Counted from the whole stretch's first letter, positions 36,250 through 49,490 are shown. The stretch is DNA of 59,905 bases, filler included, from Sphacelaria rigidula (GCA_964200075.2; 8 parts of 8 records of this genome joined end to end with filler, not necessarily neighbours in it), one strand, 5' to 3'. A program made the numbers and translations. The notes: generated by a model not told the origin, from the sequence alone.

Positions 36250-36962
36250 ATGTCACCGCAAACTTTCACCAGATCAGTGGATGGTTCTTCTGCAGCAGTT
36301 GCGTCTTCCGCTGGTAGTGCAAAGGGGTTGCCTTTCTTGGTGAGCGGAGAGCTATTCTTACGGTCAACACCTGAACTCTTCCACGAAAAAAAACAAACAT
36401 CTAGCAGTTTCTCTTCAACGGCCAAAACAACACCCTCGGGCGATCTTGGTCATCGGCAGCGGCACGCCAAGCGAGATAGCACCGTACGATCTAAAGCCAC
36501 CGGCAACAGGGAGCCGGTAGCAGCAGCCCTCAGCCATGGGGGAAACAATCGATACCCGTCGGCAGGACTGCTAGCGAGAGTGTCGGCAGACCTTCGAGAT
36601 CTGTTGCTGTGCCACCCCGATCCTTACAGCAGTGGCCCCAGCAGCACCGATTGCGGTTCCTGTGCTGACCCCAAACCACCACCACCACAAGGGCAACATC
36701 ACCAGCAACACGCGAGCCTGACGGTGCAAGGCAGTGAAGCTGGGGAACGGAAAACAACTGTGGAGCTGGTGATACAAGCGTGTGAGCAGAGAAAGCTGGC
36801 CAGGGTGGAAAGGATCAAGCAGCTCGAGGCATCCAAGATCCTCGCGGCTTGCTCGGCGGCGGCCCAAGTTAGCGAAGTCCATCAGGCCGCGGACGCATTT
36901 CGGAGGGGATGTGAAGAGGCGAAGCGAGCGCTGGATGCACGACTAGGCCGTCTCGTTCTCGG
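36250..36962 (+). CDS. Probable large exon of an unknown protein (low complexity plus coiled coil)
   Basis: Long open frame ending in helical EQRKLARVERIKQLE...EAKRALDARLGRLVLG at a GG|GTATGA donor; 5' boundary uncertain. Confidence 0.5.
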
Positions 36963-37405
36963 GTATGAATACAGTGCTATGCAAGATGGTGCCTGCAAAA
37001 TATCAGCCGTATCAGTGCTTTGTGGGAAAAGGGAGAAGGGGAAGAGAACTGTACTGTTGGCCAACGTTGGTACCACCTTCGTTCATGAGAGACGAGAAGC
37101 TTGCATTCTGCGTCCATGTCGGGGCTCGCCCATCAGTATGTTCAGCACCACATAAATCAAGCCTCGCGACAACGACGACTCAGCCCACCTTGCAGATCCC
37201 GTCATGTCCTTCATGGATCAGGAACATGGCACCACAGGGCAATTACTTTTGATATACTTCGTATGGTAACGGTCCTTGTTATCGAAGGGGATTTTCGAAT
37301 TTTCCCCATTTTCAAAATCCCCTTTTTGTGAAAAGATCGCTGATTGGTCGCTGCGATACCATCACCCCCCCCCCTCCCCCCCCCCCAAAAAAAAAAACCC
37401 AAAAC

Positions 37406-37505
37406 NNNNNNNNNNNNNNNNNNNNNNNNNNNNNNNNNNNNNNNNNNNNTTAATTAATTAANNNNNNNNNNNNNNNNNNNNNNNNNNNNNNNNNNNNNNN
37501 NNNNN
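37406..37505. other. Artificial contig spacer
   Basis: Identical linker. Confidence 0.97.
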
Positions 37506-37673
37506 GGGGGGGGAGGGGGGAGGGGGGGGGGGGGTTATCGCGGCGGCGAGAAAAACGCTTTGCTGTTTCGGAGGTCAATTTTTGGCTCGTCAAGACTCGT
37601 TGCCTGTACTTCGTCCATCAACGGCGACATAAGACTACTGCGCGCCGATTGACTACAACTGTTTTTCTCGCAG

Positions 37674-40423
37674 GACTATCACCAAGCATTTATGCTCGTT
37701 CAGCCTCCGTCCACTCATACAACAATCATGGTCCCAAGCCTTGCTGGACTGGAAGCGGACAAAACCATGGAACGGGACGCATGGGTGTTCCAAGGCGTTG
37801 ATGTCGAGACGTCAGTGTACACACCACAACCGAGCACATTTCAAGGACTACAAAAGTTTTGCAACGGATTTGGGTAAACTCTGGATGTTGTAACCATACG
37901 TTGAAATCACTCGTCCTTACTCCATCGTGATCGGCCTATGTTTTCCCTGCTTCACCTCTTGCGGTTGGTCTGGCAGGGCGTGCATGGCCATGGCCTACGT
38001 GCACATCTACTCGAGCGAGTCGGTGAGACATCGTTGGTGTGAGTTAACTGTTGCCACTTGAATGTTTCCCATAAACGGAAAATTATCCTCGACTGTCGTT
38101 GCCCTAAGAGAAATGTGGCGGCCTTGTTGTCATGTCGGGATAATTGCAGAGCTCGTTGTTGACGTGTTACCATCGCGATCAGTTGAGCACAGTATAGTCT
38201 TTCAGGGTGGTGGTTGTTTCAAGGCAGACATGGATAGACTGCGTGTCATATTCGATCTTACCGGTAGCCGCATGAGAATCGAATGCTCGTGTGCCCTTTG
38301 GTGGCGTTTTTTACGACCAGGAAATATCCGAGCAGCATATTCAACGTGCCGATAAGATCGTGCGAACGCTGCGTGACGAGGAGGGAGTGGAGGAGGGTAT
38401 TGCGCAACTGTTGGTGAGCTGTTGCTTACCGCTGGCTACCGCTGGCGGTGCCCTCGTATTTCCCAGAATATAGTGGGACGTGAAAGGTTACGAGGTAATC
38501 CCCATAGCTATCACGACCCTGTGCCCCTGGCACTATATGAGTGTATCTGCTTGTGCACGTCGACAAAGATGTCTGCGCAAACGAGAAAGCAATAGCTGTG
38601 GTAATGCCGTCTTTTCTAGCTCGCATGGCATGGTCACCTAGTTGTTGTTAGCCGGAGCTTACGTTCAGTTTTTATCATGCCGCGCAGGATTTTGGAAATT
38701 TCGTTCGCCACAAGGACACAGCCAGAGATTCGGAGACCCTTGCCGAGGGGCGAGATACCGCGACAGAGGTCAACTCTTTCCTCGGCCCCCGATGCGAGCC
38801 TTTGCAGGTAAACAAGTGGGCGTCCCACATACCAGTGTAAATTGTCGTAGGAAGGCCCCTCTTGTGTATTGCAAATGCGCTGGAATAATACCAGAGCATA
38901 GAGCGACCCGCAAAGATCTCTGGCTCTTCCAGTATTACAAGGCAACTTCTGAGTATCATTCTGTGAGCTGTTTATTTACGTTTTCAACGCAGGTGCAGCA
39001 TCTTCTGCTGACTCTACCAATCCGGCCGCATCCATGATATTTCAAAATCATTCCGATGGAGCCGTGTCATGCAAAGCCGTGGAAGACATTTTCTGATGAT
39101 GAGTGACCAACCCCCACGCGTGTACGTGTGGTATTTCAATATAATCCTTATCGCGTCTTCAGAAACTCCTCGTACTGTGGTCCACATACCATACAATACC
39201 ATGGTGAGCCCACTGTGCAGGAGACATGGGCTCCACCCCAGAACGTCGACCCCAGCCAGAGACGTGCGGCGTCAGCTTTGTTGGAATGACCCATGTATAT
39301 GCTGCTGTGCGACAGCCCAGTTCGCAGCAAAGCAGCTACAGTTATTACCACCATACTACTACTTCTGCGCTACTACGGCGGCGGCGGCGGCAGCAGCAGC
39401 AGTAGCAGTAGCAGTAGCAGCAGCAGTAGCGCAGTCGCCCGGGTATGACTGCTACACTTATGTTTTTATGTTTCTGTACCACACGTACTCTGGCCCCTTC
39501 TGAAACACAGTGTTTTTGGAGGGTGCCGTGAAGCGTCCTGACTACGAGCTGGGCCGGCTTAAAGCATGTTTTGGGCGCTAGCCGGTTCTGCACGGCCCGA
39601 TTTCAAAAGTTGAAAGTTTGCATTTCGGCACAAGGTATATATCAAAACGCGAAAATGGACCGGGCTAGCTAAAAAGGTCGCGATTCCGTCAAAAATACTC
39701 TTCTTCTTGTCTAAAAAAGTCTTGACTTGAGGGCAAAACATCCTAATAAGGGTTCGACTCATACCTCCTAAAATCGGGCGGGGCATCCCATGTTTGTGGG
39801 ACACCATCGCGCTCCGGTGAGTGAAGTGGTATTGGAAGGTATACGCCGTGAGCATGAAAAGTGGTACCCAAGTACCCAACTTTTTGGGTAGAACTCGGTG
39901 TCCTGCATATTGTTATATCGTTGGGGTTTGGTTCATACATGCCGTCGCCCTGACAGTGAAATATCAAATTTACCGTCACGTGTTCTGACGTTACGTCTCG
40001 TCGATATTGTGCGGATATGAGCCGTGGAACCCCCCGCACGCGTGCTCGCTTTTCCGGCGCCTCGCTGTCGACCATCGCCGCCCTTTGCTTCCCGTACCTC
40101 GCTCTTATTTCCTTGTGCTGACCATCCGTTACCTTTCCACGGGCTGGTGGGACTTGGTGACAGATGGGCATGATAGCGTCTGTGGACAACTGCGCCCGCT
40201 TCGTCATCCAAGTAAGTCACGGGTACCGGGGAGCAATCAACGCGGCCCTCGAGTCTCACGCATCTGTAATCCCACATCAGCAACATATCAGCGAAGGAAA
40301 TGAAGACACCGCGGAGACGTGTGAGCATGACTTGCTAGATTCTCCCAAGACTCAGGACATCATTCGACACCATTTCGAGGAGGTCGCACAAACGTACGAG
40401 GTGTTGGACATGCACTGGGAGAG
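37674..40423 (+). pseudogene. Spliced gene remnant, unknown product
   Basis: AG/GT-bounded, phase-compatible exons 37674-37873, 38206-38413, 38688-38807, 38993-39203 and a probable exon ending 40423; in-frame TGA at 38273, 39035, 39104. Confidence 0.55.
39371..39430. repeat. GCG/GCA/GTAGCA microsatellite
   Basis: Seen directly. Confidence 0.85.
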
Positions 40424-41006
40424 GTGAGACATTGATGCACGGGATCTTCCGTGATCTGAGCCTGCAGGATGTACAGGGCTCGTTGTTGCACCTGTCTATA
40501 CCGTAAGTCCTGCAGTACGGGAGGGTATCATGACCACTGGAGGCGCACAACCGTACGTTTGGGGTGTTGCGGCGTTCATCAAGTACCTCAGGAACATATT
40601 TCTCGCGAGACATGTTGTCGCCCTTCACGTTCAAGATTCGTGTCCGTCCTCTCTTGTGATGCCACGCTGATCATGACAAATGAAAAGGCTCGGGGATGGA
40701 GCTGGATTTGGCGCTCTCCTACTGGCAGGGTAAGTGCATTGGAACGTTGATTTCCTTACCGTGCCCCCTCACGTCGACATACTAGTCGATTCACTCGACA
40801 GCGCAATGAGATGGAGGAGTACAGTTTGTACTCAGGAGTACACCCGGAGTATATCAGTACCTTCAGCTCCAGCTTGGGCCCCAGTACGATATTGCTGTTA
40901 CCTTGGTAAGTAGTCGTTTGTTCATGCTCGCCTGTTCTGCCACGATTGCGAAAACTTTGACCTAGAGAATGACTATGTAGACCACCAACCACACGTGAGG
41001 GAGGGA

Positions 41007-41050
41007 GGGGGGTGTACTCATGATCATGCATGCCATAGTCATGAGACCAC
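41007..41050 (-). repeat. Short dispersed repeat ending ATGAGTACA(C)n
   Basis: Also at 43629-43667, 44842-44905 and 237-300. Confidence 0.75.
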
Positions 41051-41751
41051 ACGCGAGGGACGGAGGGGGGGGCATCATACAACCCCACGCAGGGGCAAGA
41101 TTCAACTTGCAGCCCATTCGACAGCACTATCAAGTAGCTGTGAACATCTAAAGTGATTTGATGCGACCTCGCTGTTCCCTGTTCGCCTCCCGTTAGGCAA
41201 TTGGCCATTTTGAAGACATTAACGGGCGACATCAAAGGAGCGTTGCAAAATGCAAGGCGTTGCCTGGACATCTTCACCCGCTATCCGGGGCTTCATCTCG
41301 GTGCAACAGGGTGGGTGGTCCGTGTGCAGCTAGTTATTTCGTTGATGAGGGTTTCGAAGTTGATGGCGGTGCTTCAAAGTGGCTTGCGGTGAACTTGGCG
41401 AAATTATTCAGAGGAAAACATGATGAAGTGCTGGACGTGGCGTGCTCAACTCCTTTTGGGCCTGGTGCTCTATACACTGGTTGACACCTTGTCAATAGTG
41501 AATTCGAGCACCAGAGATATAATCTGAACCGTGATTATCTTCCCGTCAGGGGCTGCTAGGCTCACGCTGGCGGGCTTTCATGGAGGCGATTTCCAACTAG
41601 GCACAACGATATTCCAGTGGATTTGTGCTTGACCATGTGATCTGGCCGTGTAGGCCATACTACATTTCCAACATCATCACCAATATTGTTCAGATGCTAC
41701 CGTTGCATTCTGGTCAAACTTGTCCCAATGTTCCATTTACTGATCGCCTCC

Positions 41752-41870
41752 AGCAAGGTGTGGTGGTATTTGCCGTGACCATGAGTCCCACCATGCACCA
41801 CCATCATAGCCGAAACCTTTCATGATACCACCACACTTTCCCGATGCAGGAAGGTACCACGTTTCCGTCA
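41752..41870 (+). repeat. ~120-bp diverged direct repeat (second copy 43386-43503)
   Basis: GCAAGGTGTGG..TATTTGCCGTGAC...TAGCCGAAA...CCCGATGCAGGAAGGTACCACGTT in both. Confidence 0.85.
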
Positions 41871-44800
41871 AGACGCAATCGTCGTATTCTGATCAAAATT
41901 GTTCCGTTGTTGCATTTACGGATCGCCTTTCAGTGTTATCTCTTTTCCATAATATGGAGGCGGTGTGTGTCGGAGAATATGTACCTTTTAGTAGCTACTG
42001 TCATATTCCGCAGTTTCAATTGTCGGAGACAAAGAATGGAGATCATCACGGGAAGAGGGATGGGCACTTCCAGCATCAAAAGCTCGCTTCACGAGGGGTG
42101 TGCTGAGGTAGAAAAAGCACCATCACGCACTAGACCTGTCACAGCACACATGGCAAGCGATTGCTTCTGAAACGAGGCCCCGTCCCGGTAGTACACGACG
42201 AAGTTGTGTCGGGAGGGTTCTCTACATGCCGGCCCACCCCGCGCGCACGGATTATAAATCACATTTGTATACGGTATATTTGTATGATACTGCTTGCTGT
42301 CTGTGTGTACCGAGGGGTGGTAGGTGGTGTGCCACCCCTCGCTCCGCCACATATTGTACAGCGGTCGATGTTGCAGCTGGGTGCATTTGCCCTTGCTGGC
42401 GCACGCAGGAGTAAAAGGCCGCCTCTGCCGCTATAATGCCTGCCTGTATCTTTGGCGGAGCTGCATGGTAACACAGGCGGTATGGCGCGCAAGCCAGTTG
42501 TAACATTTTCATACCGTGGAGATTTCCACTCTTTCTTGAAATGATAATCCGCGCAGTTCGCACTTTGAGTATTCCCCACGTTGCAATATGCAATATCTTC
42601 TATATTGTGCACAGTACATTCTTTTAAACTGTATACTGACTGTAGAAAGCTCTTACCCAGGATGTATTGTAATGCATTTCCACGTATATTAGGCGGTGAG
42701 ATCGTGAAATACTCCACAGCACATGGCCGAAGTGGAAGTGAAGCAATCACCGAAATATCCACGTGCAAAGCGTGTGCGGAGAAAATCTAAGTTGATGAGG
42801 CTAGAGGAATACCAGCACAACGCCCACTCCGGCTGCCAGCCTGTTTGCACGGCCGTCCCGGTAGTGGTGGGACTGTCTGCATCGGGATGTCGCCCCCAGT
42901 ACCAGGCACGCCGGCAAGGGCCCGTCGCGCAACCCACCGGTCGCGACAGGAGCTTAACCTTCGACTGTCGACCGTTTTGGAGCGGAAACGTTCACCTCCT
43001 AACCCGCATATACATAGCGGACCATAAACGATGCTTATTTGCTGGGTTTCTTCGAGCGCTCATCCATGACTGGACAAAGATTGATGATGACGCCAGCAGG
43101 ATCCGTTGCAGTCAGCGTGCTCAACTGTCAACTGTATCCACTATGATCGTCATCAGACAATAGGGTGATGAAAAAAAAAGTCCGACGCACCGTGGATATC
43201 CAAAGTTTCACTACAGACCGGGCCATCAGCGACTTCTGCTGCAGCTGTGACTGTGACATCTTCCTCTGATACTCATCTACATATTCTCCACGTTTCGGCG
43301 TCATCTGACGCAAAGTGCTGATTCTCCACGACCGAGGTGCCAAAACACCGCCTCCATAGTATGGAAAAGAAATAACACTGCTCTAGCAAGGTGTGGCATT
43401 ATTTGCCGTGACTATGGGTCCTATCATGCACTGTCATGGTAGCCGAAATATTTAATGATGCCGCCACAATGTCCCGATGCAGGAAGGTACCACGTTCCTG
43501 TCATTGCAGTGCCATGCATCTATTATCGTCTCGTTCCATTTCGTTAAGCTTGGAGCATCCTCGATAGCACCATGGTTGTACCGTGATACATCCATGACAC
43601 CGACATGTAGCTACAAGCCCGCCATGAAGGGGGGGGGGCGGTGTACTCATGATCATGCATGCCATAAAGGGGGGCATGTCGCGTCCGTGGCACCATGATG
43701 TTGTTGGCACATGGCTTCTATGAGCACACCCACCGACGTGCATAGCCTAGACGTACAACGGGCCAACTCATGCTAAGGATTTTCGATGAGGATTAGCTCT
43801 GAGGATTTAGTTATCAACAGAGCTCGCGGGTGTTTGGGAGCTGCCCGTGAGCACGAAGCCATATACGTACTCTGACCCATACACGTACACATACCCAAAC
43901 ACACACGGCGGTTACGCGGTTTCATGGCGGTTGCGTTTTCGCATTGCATCAGGACAAAGTCGATGCTGATTCTGCTCCTCACTGTGTACTTATCCACGAG
44001 GCGTTTTGGAAACGGCGTCCAACGATGGGCCTCGTGTGGATGTTCAATGATGTCAGGTGCCACGGTACCGTAACGTACGTTCCACGACCAGTACCATGGC
44101 ACTGTTGGAGTACCGTCATGAGCTGCCATGTTAGTGCTATGGTGATGTCGTGGGAGAAAGCATCAGCTCGACGAAAACTTTCAGGCTCCCATCTTGGGCT
44201 TGGACATTATATTATCAATTTGAACGGTTTTCCAGTCTTTTTCTTCACACAAAACCGTCCTGGTACACTGACCCAAGGAGTTGAGACTCAAAAGACGTTC
44301 GTACATTTTACAAGCTCCGAATAAAGCAGCACTTCTGCAACCAATATTGAACGGCTTGGGGGCAAATCGGTCGTCGGGGGCCCTTTGAGTGTACAGCCCC
44401 AGGTTCTGGATCTTTGACATTTTTACTCGACCGAAGCAATCCCGATCGTTCCGACAGGCATTCGAATGGTCTAAATGTTTTAGTGTCAAGATATTTGTTG
44501 CGCCACAGCCGGAAAGCCGTGTTATCGAACCAAGTACAATTTCCCATAGGGCAGAGTTTCACTCCGAATTACCCCGATAACACCAAATTTAGCAAAGGCT
44601 TCGTGTCAACACACTGATTCCGTTCACGTTTGCTGGTTTCCGAACTGTCGGGTGAAAATGGCAAATCGTCTGTGACGGAGATCCCGACTAAGGCCCATTA
44701 TTATCGACGCTATTTTTTCGGAGATCTCCGATATTGTCGGAACTAGCAAGGTACCTGATTTTTCTTGAATGCTTGCGGACGCCACGGCGTATTCACACGG

Positions 44801-44905
44801 CAGCTTTCCGAAGTGCTGCATTGCAGAGTCATCCTACGATAGGGGGGGAGGGGGGGTGTACTCATGATCATGCGTGCGATAGTCATCAGACCATTGTCGT
44901 CGCAT

Positions 44906-45005
44906 NNNNNNNNNNNNNNNNNNNNNNNNNNNNNNNNNNNNNNNNNNNNTTAATTAATTAANNNNNNNNNNNNNNNNNNNNNNNNNNNNNNNNNNNNNNN
45001 NNNNN
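44906..45005. other. Artificial contig spacer
   Basis: Identical linker. Confidence 0.97.
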
Positions 45006-45560
45006 CGGATTGTCACGGTGCGGATATCCGCCCCCTACAATTGTCATGGAGCGGTGCAGATTGACAAACCGCACCATGATAATCCGCACCGCGGAGCGGA
45101 TTGTTCTCCGTACACAACCCTAAAAGTTTCTGGAAAACAAATATGGTTTGGGGCAGGCGAGTAGTGGACCGAGCTCGTGCAGAACGTGGTTTTGCCGAAA
45201 TTAGCGCCTTCGGAGTCGGCTTGAGGTTTGCCAACGCACACTTCGCCTAGGGGAACTTATGCCTGACCCCTTTCCCGCTGGTCTCGCACGCCTTGGGTCG
45301 GGATCAGGGTCAGGGTTTTGAGGTTATTTGTTAGTTTTTTCGTAAAAGTAGTCATAGATTTACGCCGAAAGCCACAGGTCGCCTCGATTTCCGGCCTACA
45401 TTCCTGATCTCGGAAAACTTGAAAAGCAAAATGGGTCCAGAAGACGAGGTCCCAGACAAATCATCTTCCACCCTCCCCGTATCCTTTTCCCAGGTAGTTT
45501 TTTTCAAGACTATGAGCAGCGGTCTTACATTTTAGGAGCTTCCGCTAGAATTGGCACTCA

Positions 45561-46029
45561 GGCTACTTCTCATGTGACAAAAAGTAAAACTTGTTGAAAA
45601 GTGCATTTTTAACGCTTCCTCGTTTTTCCCCCGAAAAGAGGGCTAGGCGGCTGTTGACACCTTGGAATGACTTGCTCTACTCGCTGAGACACTTCCAGAG
45701 CGCACCGTTACGTGTCCTGTAGGTCACGGTTTCGTTTTTGGCCAAACTTGCATTTTCAATAACAAACGGTCAAATTACCTAAAAACAGGGGGGAAACTGA
45801 CATATTTTTGGTAACTTGGCCGTTTGTTATTGACAGTGCAAGTTTGGCCAAAAACGAAACCGTGACCTACGGGAAACGTAAAGGTGCTCTGGAACCGTCA
45901 CAACGAGTAGAGCAAGTCATCCCAAGGTGTCAACAGCCGCCTAGCCCTCGTTTCGGGAGAAAAACGACAGAGGAAGGACAAAAATGCACTTTTCAACAAG
46001 TTTTACTTTTAGATACATAAGCAGTAGCT
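45561..46029. mobile_element. Fold-back MITE, probably PIF/Harbinger (Tourist-like)
   Basis: ~225-bp inverted arms, ends TCA|GGCTACT ... AGTAGCT|TTA; homologous to 34110-34825. Confidence 0.85.
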
Positions 46030-46751
46030 TTATTTAGGCCAATTATCCTCGACGGCATTTTTTTACGTATCTCTGAAATTTTCGGGACTGGTATGGTGTC
46101 TGATGACGCTCGAACGCCTGCGAGCACCGCGGTGTATAAACAGAGCAGCTAGCCGAAGCGCTGCGTTGTAGTCCGAACATTGTGAACTTATCCGAAAAAG
46201 AAGCTTCGGAGGAAAAATCAAGTCGTTTCGTGTTCAGAGAAGTCTGACGAAGAATCCTACAAGAGTGAAAAATTCTGACATCTCCGGGAAAAACAGTGTC
46301 GATAGCCTCTTTGTCCGTATCGAATACAACTCCAAGGCGTGACTGCAGGGCCGATTGGACGATATTGGAAGTTAACCTGCAATACTGCACGAGCAAGGCG
46401 TTCACATTTTGCGGTATATTTTCAAATTACGACTATGGCATGTCGCTGCCTCCGTAACTTATGTGCGGTACGTTGCCATCCCCGCGCTACCGCAATATCT
46501 CGTGTGGTAGCATAGATACCAATAGAGGATACCATCCATTGCACAGGCCGCTCTTCACATTTTGTTTAACCATCGCGAATTGTTTGATGAACCGAAGATC
46601 AAGTAAGAGACTGTAGTGTGTGATATTACGACACCCCAGCTGATAAAATATCATTCATCAGCTCTGCATTAACTGTAGCTGCAGGATACTCCAACAACAG
46701 CCTTGACCATTGCGGGCACTGCTCCTAAGCAGAGATGAATTTACAGTCTGT

Positions 46752-47197
46752 AACACGGAATCTTTCATATTGGGGATGGATCATTTATTGGTGATGAGAA
46801 ACCCGGAGGATTAAAATCTTCGTATCCGCACCAAATCTTCGAAATATGGTTCCCTTTCTTCACCTACTGATAGCTTTTGACAAGTGCTACACACCATAGA
46901 AATTTGGATTTCGATCACCAAAATATCGGGGCCCTAGACGAAAAAATCAATTTCGGAGCCATTTTGGCGTCCGCTCGGACACCCGGGAATCCACAAAACT
47001 GTTTTTTCACCTAGGACCCCAACATTTTCGGTGATCAAAATCCAAATTCCCATGGCGTGTAGCAGTTGTCAATAGTTATTAGTAGGTGAAGAAAGCGAAC
47101 CATATTTCGAAGATTTGGTGCGGACAAGAAGATTTTAATCCTCCGGGTTTCTCATCCCCAATAAATTATCCATCCTCAATTTGGAAGATCCCGTGTT
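46752..47197. mobile_element. Fold-back MITE (446 bp), copy 2 of the 13356-13799 family
   Basis: Ends AACACGGAATC / GATCCCGTGTT, flanked by a CTGT direct repeat (46748-46751, 47198-47201). Confidence 0.92.
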
Positions 47198-47476
47198 CTG
47201 TGCCTGCTGTACTTCCTGTTATGACGCCATGAGCCGCGTCGGCGGGAGGCAAAGTTCGTGATAGCTGAGTCTCGTATTTTACCTTCATTTCATCCCAATT
47301 TAGTACAGTGAGCCGTGGCGTAGACTGTCACTAAAATAATTTTCAAACCACGTTTCGGCGGTGCATTCTTGGGCCAGCGCTGCTACGCCCGTTAATGCCA
47401 GACACATATCACAGTACACAACCGTACAGCCCGCCAAGGAGAATATGTGCGGGGAATTATGTGCCGGTTTGGTTAG

Positions 47477-47851
47477 AATTCCACCGCATTTGGAAGCAAT
47501 AGACACATCACTGCTGTCCTGCGTTGCGAGGGCTTGCCACGCAGCTTAGTGACATCAGGTATGGGTAAAGCTACAGCAGATGGAGGCGTTTGGGTCACGG
47601 GTGGGAAAAGAGGCAGTAAAACAGGAGGTAGCCGGGGAGGTAGCCGTTCATTGGCGATGCGCCCGTCCGTCCACGCGCAAGGCTGCATCGCAGCGGTCTC
47701 TGGATCGGACGAGAGCACCAGCATAAGTCGACAGTTCTCTAGTCGATTGTCGATGGTGCCCAAGGCGTCTACGCCACTAGAGCAGCCGGGAGAAGGGATC
47801 GTCCCCAAAAAAAGCCTAAGCATCGTCAAGGGTTTGTTCAGGCCGTACAAG
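47477..47851 (+). CDS. Possible internal exon, unknown protein
   Basis: TTAG acceptor, 125 open codons (NSTAFG...KGLFRPYK), strong AAG|GTGAGT donor. Confidence 0.45.
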
Positions 47852-49377
47852 GTGAGTTATTTTCTTCAAGTTTACTGCAGAGAAATACGTACCCTATGTA
47901 CCTCATGTTGCACGAAACGGAACGAAACGGATTTCCATCGTGTCCAATAATGAACGTATCCTTGTGATTCCCAGATCAACATACGCTATGGTCCGATGTT
48001 TCGACTCGGGAGCTCATAACGCGATATTACAGAAACACAGGACGTGAAACTCTTTTTGCTCAAAAACAGCCGTAGGGGGTTGAGGGGGGGGAGGTACTAC
48101 ATGTTAGCCGTGCTGTTACCAAGCTGGACGGGTGCTAAGCTGGACGGGTGCTACAGTGTTATTATCCACCACAGCCGCATTTTCACTACAAGTCCTCTGC
48201 ACCTATCGAGTATTATCATTACTTTTTGTGTGTGCAGATGTACATATGTGATTTTCTCTGGGTGACTCTATGGTTGCTTGCTGGTATAACGTTACTCAGG
48301 TGTCCCCCGTCCGAGTACACATATTTGCGGTATATTTCTTCTAGTGTGGGTATAGTACCGTAGGCAGCTCGCTCCTGTAGCGATATACCCCGAATCGAAG
48401 AAGAAACGGTATTTGTATGCGTGGTTGCCCAGGACCCCTTTATCTTTCGACTGTGGCTCCAAATAAAAGGGCTGGTGCGATGGGGGGGGGAAGATATGGC
48501 GGCGCCTCCATGTTGTGATACCACGTGCACTAGTATATCACAGACCGCAGGTCATTCGCAAAATGATACTGCCGGCTCGGCGCACAGAGAAGCATGACTT
48601 CGATGACAAGTCCGGTTGTAAGAAACTCAGAGGGATAGACTCGGGGAGTAAGCATACGTAAGCAGTTACTCTGAACCACTGTAAATAACCAGAAACAGTG
48701 ACTACTTTGAACAAACCGTACCAGTTGAATCCATTTATGCAATCACGAACACCCTCCCACATAGAATCAACTCGCGAAAATACGCTACCACGACCACGAA
48801 GAAAGCGATGAAGACACACCATCGACTTCATTGAGGCCGATCTTCCTGTGACCAGTAGTAGAGGCTCCTCAGAAATCGGGTTCAGTATTTGAATTAAGTT
48901 TAACCCTTTTGGAACCTGTAATTGAAAAGTGACGATTTAAGAGCAAAAACTTCCACATGCGAGCTTACGTCACCGGGAAAAGGTCACTCCGAGTCCCGTG
49001 CACAAATCTGTCATATTAGTATACTTGAACTTAGAGTGGTGCACCGTTTTGGTGGGCTGCACCATCAACAGTTGTAGAAACACAACCATATCTTGCCCGA
49101 GAAAACGTCAACTGTGAATCGTCACTTTTTCCATCAACGACTCCTAAAGGTGAAGGGGTCAAGTATTGCTTCGTAGAGACCGCACGGAGAAGTGTCAACC
49201 GAAATCATTGCTTCTGCTGGTTTTAACCAACGAATATTTGGCCGACAGGTGGGTCTCCTGGAAATTACGAAGTAGACAGAGGCTACTTTTGAAGCAACCG
49301 TCTTGCTTCCGCGAAAGGAAACAGCACAGATTGCTTTGACACACATAACGGAATAGTTTGGTGGGCGCAGCATAACT

Positions 49378-49490
49378 AGCGTACGGTACGGTGCTGTACA
49401 GTACAGTGCAGTACAGTACAACACGGTACAGTACAACACAGTACAACGTAGTACAGTACAATACTGCAAGGTACGGCATAGTACAGTGTA
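49378..49490. repeat. Degenerate (CAGTA)n pentanucleotide repeat
   Basis: Seen directly. Confidence 0.85.
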
